A stretch of 64,000 nt of DNA from Octopus vulgaris. Taxonomy: Eukaryota. Position 1 is the first letter of the stretch. Each line of letters starts with the position of its first letter. The notes beneath the pieces are model-generated. The model was not told the DNA's origin and made no database searches. It saw only the letters and a list, made by a program, of their open reading frames with translations. Both the position numbers and the translations under genes were made by a program. Below are positions 54,795-64,000 of this stretch, in pieces. The stretch spans positions 30,690,001-30,754,000 of the forward strand of contig OX597821.1 of NCBI GenBank assembly GCA_951406725.2. The letters are read 5' to 3'.

Positions 54795-55861
54795 CTGTAT
54801 AACGTAAAACTATGGATGGGAGCGATGACCCCCCCCCCCCTCGTAAATACTAATCGGACACAGAATGTGTGTCATTATCCAGCTGGAAGAGTTGTCTTCT
54901 TGGGGCTATAAACGTTAGTAGCACTCCCCCGTATAGGACGCCACACTTGGCTGACAATTATATGCTACGATTCCAATTTGCTATTTTAGACATCTCTGAG
55001 ATTTAATATAGCCTATATATGAGATATATATATATAATTATAACAATAAGGGTTTTTGTAACAAGTTGCTTAACCACATACCGAAAATTTTAGAAATAGC
55101 AGTCAAAGGATAACTATTTCCTTTTACTACATAAATATGTCTCCACGGACAACAATATTTGTAACTCACATATGGCAAAAAAAGAAGAAAAATAATGAAA
55201 TCAAACAGTCTTCGGTTAAGTATGGACGTACGTTTCTGGATTAGAATCATAAGACTCATTTCCTTTATCGACATAATATTCCGATAAAACTAGAAATGCT
55301 AAGAAAAACTTACCTCCTATATTTTCGATCAAGTGACGTCGAAACATATAAAAGCTAATCAGCATAATATATATATTATGATTATGTATATATATATATA
55401 TATATATAACAAGTAAGTTTGGGGTTGTGGATCCAACCCAGTAAGGGATAATACATATCCAGTGATTAAAAATAATAGCTCCCCAATTCCCGTTAGATTT
55501 TAACCACTAAAATATTAAATAACGAGTAACAAAGCTCACATAGATTATCTCTTATCTCTTAGTATATTTACTTTTATTACGCATTAATCTGTGGAATTAT
55601 ATAACTAACAATTTGTTGTAATACGTATGTATATGTATGCATATGCATGTATTTGTTACCCACATGCATGAACATATATGTATGTAGAATAATAATGAAA
55701 TAGCTATATATTAACTCTATGTCATATGAATATATTGACTGTGATTATAAAGTTAATAAGCTTACAACTTTCATTAATATCTGTTTATATTATATTATAG
55801 TATATTCTAAATTTGAATTTCTTATACTATGTATTGTGAATAGAAGTATACACAGAATGTC

Positions 55862-55944
<83 letters not shown>

Positions 55945-56060
55945 AAGAAGAAGAATATTAATAATAGTAATAATAATATTAATAATATTAATAATAATGA
56001 TAATAATAATAATAATGATAATGATAATAATAATAATGATATTAATAATAATACTAATTA
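55862..56060. repeat. (TAA)n/(GAA)n compound microsatellite
   Basis: Directly visible. Confidence 0.96.
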
Positions 56061-56197
56061 AATATTATATGTGTACTCATGGATATGGATGTATATGCAT
56101 GCTTCAGTATGTATAATTATGTCTATTTATGTATTTATATACACGTATATGTGTATATGTATGTTTATTTATGTATGTATGTATGTATGTATGTATG

Positions 56198-56258
<61 letters not shown>

Positions 56259-56388
56259 AGTATATCTGTACTCTATAAATAAATAATTTATTGAGATGAC
56301 CTATTACTGTGTTAATATCACGTGTGTATATTTTGTTTCATATATATATTTATATTTTTATGACTGTACTTTATAATCTCTGACGAGG

Positions 56389-56431
<43 letters not shown>

Positions 56432-56504
56432 ACCTATCTATCTATCTCTCTATATATATTCACACACACACATACACTCATTCATAGTGGACTGTGCCAC
56501 TGTT

Positions 56505-56995
56505 GTCTTTCTCTTCTTCCATACAGGACTCCCGCCATTAGCCACAAAGAATGATCTCTAATTCGAGCCTACTCTAAGCTACTAAGAATGCGTGTGGCAA
56601 CTTGAAGATCAACCCACCACACGTGATGGACTAGCGGTTGCACAGGCGCGAAAGGTACGTTGTTATCCTCATTCCGTAAACGGTGGCTTTTAACGGGTGG
56701 ATAGCTGAACGATTCTGTGGCACAGAGGATTCGCAATCTAGACAAGGGTCTACCAAACCATACTGGGTTACACCATGGTTCCTCCTCTTTGTGGAAGAAG
56801 CAGGAAGAAAGAGTGAGAGAAAGTTGTGGTGAAAGAGTACAGCGGGCTTCACCACTAGCCCCCACCCCGCCGGAGCCTCCTGGAGCTTAGGTGTTTTTGC
56901 TCAATAAACACTCACAATTCCCGATCTGGGAATCTAAACCGCATTCTTACGACCGCGAGTCCGCTTCCCTAACCACTGGGCCATTGCGCCTCCAC
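56505..56995 (-). mobile_element. tRNA-derived SINE sharing the family C head but with a different body
   Basis: The minus-strand head gtggaggcgcaatggcccagtggttaggg...cacctaagctcc...actctttcaccacaactttctctcac matches 9549-9720. The downstream body differs. Confidence 0.8.
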
Positions 56996-58171
56996 CATCA
57001 ACTCTTGTTGGGGTCAAGAGAAAAGCATTCCATCCAGTGAGATACAATATCAAGATTTAAAAGTAAACTATTCTAAATTTTATGCACGGATAGCAGGGTA
57101 ATCAGTTTGGAGTTGTATAAAGTATATACACATACATATGCACACATACATGACCATAAACATGCACACACACACAGACACACACGCACACACACACATA
57201 TATATATAAACACCTAGAGATATACATATATTTGTGTGCGTATATATATATACACATATTGCTTATGTATGGGCGTGTATATGTTTGTGTCTGTGTGTGT
57301 GTGTGTGCCTATATATACACATATGAACACAGCTGGTTGCTAGCAGACGCAAGCACCGCCAAGACACCTCCCTTTTAACCTGGTGATCCAGATAAGATGA
57401 TACAGCAGTGAAGACAAAATGGGGCGTATAAACTATGTGATGGAACGATTAGTAGTGCTGACGGAGCTGAAGTAAGTTTAAAATCATGTGCCTTATTCAA
57501 ATTTTCTTTTATCTTTATGAACAAGATTGTGCACAGTCCGTAATGCTAAGCCTTGTTTGGAAAACCAACCGGCAGCTTTAAAATCATGACCACCATTAGG
57601 ATCCGCCCTCACACAAATATACACGTAGAACACACTCAAACACAGTCAAATGGAAACACAAACCAGAGCTGTACATATATATATATATATATGTAACATA
57701 TATAGGTATCTGTGTGTTTGCGTGTGTGGCAGTGTGTATGTGTCCGTTGCTGTATGCCTGTGTATCTGTGCGTGGTGGGGTCGGCAGAGGAAAGAGAGAA
57801 AATTAAGTTTAGTGTTTATTAGTTTTCTTACATGAAAGATACGAAGAAATGCAATGTCGTTTTTTTCTCATTCATTCTATCGTGACGTTAATTAACAATT
57901 TTAAAATGTTAATTACAGATGAACTATTTTGACCTTTTTCTTCTTGTTAATTACTCTCACCTATAACACACAACACACTTATCTACATGTGCCTAAACAT
58001 ATAGTACGCATTGATATATATATATATATTCAGTTATACGTTCTAATACATACGCATGTACTCATACATAACAACACAAACATATGTATGCGTGTGCGTG
58101 TGCGTGTGTACACGCACACACACATATGCACATAAATATATAAATATAGCCATATATCCATCTACTTGTAC

Positions 58172-58218
<47 letters not shown>

Positions 58219-59669
58219 TATATAAATACATAAACATATGAATGTATATGTATATATATGTATAAATATATATATTTATACACATATATATTTATACACA
58301 TACGCATATATAAATGTATATATACATATATCTCATACACACACACACGCACACACACAGACATGCATGTGTGTCCGTATGCGTATGTGCATGATTGCCT
58401 ACATGTGTATCCATGTATATGTACATACATATACAAAGAAGAGAAACAAAACATTTAATTTCATTATGATACATATTGATTATGCGCAGACAAAATCTCA
58501 GAGTTATATCATGTACAACATCGTTATTTCCTCTATTTCTTCTATTGATACTGCTTGTAATGTTTTATAATTTTGGCATGAGTTAAATAATTAAGATCCT
58601 GGAAAGCATTAATTATATCGTCCTCACAATATAACTGGTATCTACTATCTGGACTCAGAGATATCTTGAAGCCATAGACAGCCCCTACGAACTTTCGGGC
58701 CATAGCCAGTGATGATATAAAATTATCACTCGATAATTATCACTTTGATGCCAAACTGATTAACCATTAATCACAGTAACCTCAAACCAGGAGGGAATAA
58801 CTCGCTCCGTAGGTGAATGGGAATACTGGATATCGATATTATTGTGTCATGTCACTTTCTCAATGCCATAAATAATAATATATATATTTACAATGATTTA
58901 TTTATGATTTCTAGAAGACATTACTTAACTGCAATTTATTTAACTACTTTAATTATAAAAGAGACAAATTTTGATTATATGAATAAGATAAACATCAGGA
59001 TTACGCAAGTATGATTTAGTTGTATGTATTATTTCTGTCCAGACAGTCTGTATCTTTACAATCTATGAAATAGATGACTATTCCTCACATAGAGATCATA
59101 CTGCTAGTAGACAGCCATATATGTAAATGTTAAAATTTATTGTATGTTATATAACTCTTAAGACACTTCAAACGTAAATGGCGTTTGATATTGGTTGATT
59201 CAAATTCCATTTGAGAGAACCAAAGGACTGGTTTTAATATCTTTACTGATATTGGTATACATTTCACTTTAAAATAGGTGAATAATATATAAACGCAAAT
59301 GTTTACAGTTTAATATAATAAATTTGTGATACATACTTTTTAGTAACTGGGCAACATAAGTAGAAACTTGAACTATTTTCTTTAAGCACAACTTTCTTAC
59401 GCTTGTAACTGGTTTCAAATAAAAACATACACTGTTTTGTTGATGTCGATTTTTGTATCAAATTTGCTTCCATGAAAGAAAATCACCGAATAGAGTAAAA
59501 TTAGATGTAATCAAGTGAAACAACATTAAATTAGAATCGCCATTTTTGTATCATTTTACGTGAATACCCATCGTTTGAAGGAATATCACTGGTTTGTCTG
59601 AGATAAGATGTTTTCATAAAATTGTACTAATAATACGTTGTATAGCGAAGTGAGAAGAATATTTTTGTT

Positions 59670-59820
59670 CCTTTACTAAACACAAGGGGCTAAACATAGA
59701 GGGGACAAACAAGGACAGACAAACGGATTAAGTCGATTACATCGACCCCAGTGCGTAACTGGGACTTAATTTATCGACCCCGAAAGGATGAAAGGCAAAG
59801 TCGACCTCGGTGGAATTCGC
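59670..59820 (-). mobile_element. 5'-truncated SINE family A
   Basis: Nearly identical to 20910-21045. Confidence 0.9.
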
Positions 59821-60984
59821 TGCAGTGACTCACAAGAACGATAGTGCGGCTTCACCTTTCCTTGAAGAATTTCAATGCGGCGCACCTTATTATCACTTAT
59901 TTAAATTAGTACCTTGCTGTAGAGGTAACAGAATAAAACATTCACTTGTATTGATGAATATTGAAGGTGTTTTGAAACTGTGTACGTAACTGTAACAGCA
60001 ACAATGTAATCATGCATTTTCCGTTGTGTGTACATTTCTTATGATATAAAATGCAACTTAAAAGCGTGTCGTTTTTGCAAGGAATTCCTTATTGAGGTGA
60101 CATATGGTCAGAGATATTTTTTATTGTTTACTATCCTCCTTTTTAATGGGAGCAGCACGAATAAATGAGAACCGATATAAATTTATGGGTACATTTTAGA
60201 ATAAAAGACAGTGCACTCTGCACGTATTTATATGAAAATAGTATTTCCTTCATTTGTGTCGATGCTATGATAATATATTGGATTCTTATGGTGACCTAAC
60301 ACGCGAAATATATATCTTATAAATTTATAAATTTATTTAGAGCAATACTTTTAGAAATTACATGTAAGAGAATAACTTGGGAAAAGGAACATCTGAAATA
60401 TGTGTTCGAAGCAAATTTGATGGCCATACATCCAACTCTGAAGTTTGAGGAGCTGCTCATAATGGCATCAGTTTTGAGAAACCAAACTAACATAATCGAT
60501 GATGGACTCGAACGAATTGCATAGCTTGAACGCCGACACTCTCGTGTCGGAGGTACGATGTGGTAGCGCAGCGAGTTAGAATGTGTTGTTACACATTCTC
60601 AAGCTGAGTCACAAATGAGTTATAGCATTAGCGTATTGCTGAATGTGTGTATAAGGCAAAGAAGAAAACTTTTAAAGGGTTTCTTTATACTTCAGTTTTC
60701 ATGAGACGATATTGATAAGTGCAGGAGCAAAGCGGATAACGTATTTTGATGAAGTACAGACTCCTGGGTAATTATATCCATAATGCTGGATTTCTAGAAT
60801 TTCCGTGCAACATTGAGCACGTACAGATTAGTCGGTAATTCATTCCAGGTAGATGGGGAGAAAGATCTATGTTTATATCAACCGGATAAATTTAGCTAAT
60901 GCGTAAATTTAGGTCCTCCATAACAGCTTGCAATTTACATGAATGTATTATATGTTCAGGACACTTGCAGGTATACACTGTGAA

Positions 60985-61210
60985 GTCACGTGGCTTAGTG
61001 ATCGTGAAATTGTGGTTTCGATTCTTGGCCAGAGCAACGCATTGTGATCGTGAGAAGAACATTTTATTTCACGTTACTCAGGTCTATAAGCTGGCAAAAA
61101 TGCGTAATCTTGCGCCCGAGCGCCGATCCGTCCAGGTGGGGAATATATACGCTCTGAAACCGGGAAACCGAGAAACCAGTCCTTATGATTCGGTATGACT
61201 CGAAAAGGTA
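60985..61210 (+). mobile_element. Degenerate SINE family C-like copy
   Basis: gtggcttagtg...ggtttcgattc...ccgtccaggtgggga...gaaaccgggaaaccg...ccttatga parallels 9549-9836. Confidence 0.65.
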
Positions 61211-62164
61211 AATTTGTACCAAGTATACAATGTAGAGCATTATGGACAGTTCAGAATGAAATTTATGATAGGTTTGTTTGCTAACGGACAGTAGTCTCTG
61301 GAAATATGGATTCCTCTAGGACATCCCGTCACATCACAAATCGTGGAATGGTGAATGGAGGTTTTAAATCGTAGTGATTTGGATGGTACTGAAAGATGAT
61401 AGGGAGCAGCTTCACGGTTTAAGAAGAACAGGAGACGGAGGAAGTGGTGCTGCAATATCTGTTGATAAAGAACCTGTGCTTGTTTAGTAAAGCTCTAATG
61501 GGAGATGCGGGTAGCTGACCAAACATAAGCAAGCTACATGAGGAGGAAAAGAAGATACGTCACAGCTTCTAAAAATTACCAGAATATGGTTCACCAGTTT
61601 AGGGAAAAGATTGATAGTAATCGATATTTTCAGCTAAAGTTGCCAACAGCAGTCACACGGGATCGTCTTTATAGAAGTGGCTGACAGCGCTTACGAGATA
61701 AAAGCTAGAGGAAGAGCGCACACCTCGTGTTAGAAAGACGGTAGCAGGAAGAGGTTCATGCGTCTCTGAAACAAGCGGGAGTATTTAAGCTGGAAAGCAC
61801 GAGAAGATGAGTAGAAACTTGCCATCACTACCCACTAGTTTACTCGGAGACGTGGTAATTCAGTGTCGAAATGTTTTGGAAAATTAGAGGCAATGATGAA
61901 TTTTTGATGTTGTTGGGAATTAGATTTGCAGATGTTACTGAATGCAGTGAACACATATGATAACAATATCGTATAACAACATACGATAACAATATCGTAT
62001 GTAATATAATGATACAAAATATACCTTTTCCCAGTTTTAAACTAACTCTTGTGATTGATGCGTACAAACTAATGTGAATATACATTCATACCTGCAAAGA
62101 ATAAATTCGATTCATACACTTACACGCAAACACGCACACAAACACCTATGTACTTGTACAAGGA

Positions 62165-62397
62165 TCGCGGAGTAGATGAAACAGAGGCGGCTGAAGAAGG
62201 GGAATGTTCCTTGTGTTGTATGTCTTGTACTCTATTTTTTCGTTAAGAAAAATGTCCATTTCCTTGGTTCTGTTTTTATGTTTTCGTTTCTCATTGTTCG
62301 ACGTTTTTTTTGGTGTCCCGTACCCATATATGCATGTATAGATGTAGGTACCTACATATATGTATGTATATATGCATATATTTTATTTATTATTTTG

Positions 62398-62400
<3 letters not shown>
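62165..62400 (+). mobile_element. gggtacaggaca-family TA-associated repeat
   Basis: Colinear with 38168-38420. Confidence 0.75.
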
Positions 62401-62441
<41 letters not shown>

Positions 62442-62486
62442 AAAGAATGGAGTTGAACGACGAATTAACAAAATTCCTTTATTTCA

Positions 62487-62569
62487 TTTTCGACATATGT
62501 TTCGAAGGCCGCATATTCCTAATTTCGAAGGAATAAGGGGTGCATTATGCCGCCTTCTCATCAGGAAAA
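62487..62569 (-). ncRNA. Type I hammerhead ribozyme, apparently intact
   Basis: Minus strand ttttc-CTGATGA-gaaggc...gccttc-GAAAC-atat-GTC-gaaaa. Stem I is 5 bp, stem II is 6 bp, stem III is the palindrome ACATATGT, and the cleavage triplet is canonical GUC. Confidence 0.87.
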
Positions 62570-62578
62570 GTAAGGAAC

Positions 62579-62619
62579 TTATGTCAGCATCAAGATGCAC
62601 AGTGCATCTTGATGCTGAC

Positions 62620-62623
<4 letters not shown>
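62579..62623. repeat. Perfect 22 bp palindrome with 1 nt spacer
   Basis: ttatgtcagcatcaagatgcac-a-gtgcatcttgatgctgacataa. Confidence 0.97.
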
Positions 62624-62667
<44 letters not shown>

Positions 62668-62899
62668 CACATTTATATATCTGCATAAATTATGTATACC
62701 TATATACACACACATACATGTACAAGTACATATTCACATGTACACAAACGTACACACACACACACAAACACAAACATATGTATTGCTTTCTATCATAATG
62801 TGGGCCATTATTACGTTCACCTGAACCTGCACACTAGATGGGTAAATTTTATTTGCTATTTAACTGTGACGAATAATTTTATTTAAAGGAACATTTCGG

Positions 62900-63290
62900 C
62901 ATGCCTGGGTGGTAAGAACTTTACTTCTCTACCACATGCTCCCTGGTTCAGTTCCACTTCGTAACACATTGGGCATGGGTCTTCTATTAAAATCTCGCAC
63001 CAACCAAAGCATTGTGAGTCAATTTGTTTGAAGGAAACTGAAAGAAGCCCGTCATTCACTCACACACATATGTGTGTGAGTGTGTGTCTTTGTGCTTGTG
63101 CTTATTTCCACCACTACTTGACAACCGGTGTTTGTGTGTTTTCGAACCCGTAACGAAGTGGTTCGCCATAAAAGACCGAGGCAATAAGTACCAGGCTTAC
63201 AAAAACACGTTCTAGGCTACATTCTTTCGACTAAACTCTTCAATGTAGTGCTCCATCATGGCCGCAGTCATATGACTGAAACAAATAAAA
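62900..63290 (+). mobile_element. SINE family B
   Basis: ggtggtaaga...ggttcagttcca...ggaaactgaaagaagcccgtc...catggccgcagtcatatgactgaaacaa. Confidence 0.85.
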
Positions 63291-63725
63291 TATTTATTGA
63301 CAGTGTGTGACTAAAATGCATATATATATAAAGAGAGAGAGAGAGAAAGAAAGAAAGAGAAAGATAAAGAGAGAGAGGGTGGGAGAGGGATATTTTACGA
63401 TTACGCAGATACCCGAATCATAAATTTTACTGTGACGAACGAAAAGAAGATTAAGAAGGTTATCTAAAATTTTACGGCATTCTAATATTATCATCCTCCT
63501 GTGGTGGTCCATGGTGAAATATTGAATCTAATAACTGATGATCTACACTTTGAAAACAAGCGTGAAATAGAGAGTAATTAAGCGAAATGAATTTTCAATT
63601 AGTGGATTCTGTGATATGTATTAAATTATGTTTTACACGTAATCATATGTAAATATGTGTGCTTGTAGGTGGGTATTACTTTACGTACTAGGTATATATA
63701 CACATTATATTCATATCTATGAGTA

Positions 63726-63779
<54 letters not shown>

Positions 63780-64000
63780 CACTTAGAGAACACAGGGGCA
63801 AAGCATTCGTCAGTACTCTGATAATTATCACTTTAAATTTACGCAGAAGTGTCTAATGAATGTAAGGTATTTCATAGTAATAATATACGGTGTATTAAAA
63901 ATTCATTGCTTTGGGGATCATAAGGAAGACTCAAGGGCGATTCACCTCCTTAATCAGCATTGAATAAAACACAGGTACTTGATTTGCTACGGACTAAACA

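Noticed and set aside
61230-61850. Purine-rich stretch resembling a decayed LINE 3' region or an exon
   Set aside because: No recognisable protein motif or supportable splice structure.

Overview
This is AT-rich, microsatellite-saturated animal genomic DNA. The SINE and repeat sequences resemble those I recall from Octopus (coleoid cephalopod) genomes, which is an inference and not a database result. I find no convincing host protein-coding exon, rRNA, tRNA gene or CRISPR array. Nearly all ORF-track entries are translations of (TA)n/(CA)n/(GATA)n tracts or of decayed transposons. The window holds: three or four tRNA-derived SINE families (about 20 copies, some with clear target-site duplications, one tandem array); two decayed Penelope-like (PLE) RT/GIY-YIG elements; a decayed Hero-like non-LTR RT; an RTE-like 3' end; two mariner relics; two maT/DD37D-type Tc1-mariner relics; a MITE-like family; many fold-back structures; and a 100-N gap. 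The most notable signal is at least 14 hammerhead-ribozyme (HHR) motifs from several unrelated short elements, mostly embedded in (TA)n tracts and often inside inverted duplications. Three or four look structurally intact. They have palindromic stem III, often an expanded loop II, and variant cores (CCGACGA, CTGTAGA, CTGCTGA). The best interpretation is a diverse population of non-autonomous PLE pseudo-LTR or retrozyme-like elements associated with TA microsatellites.
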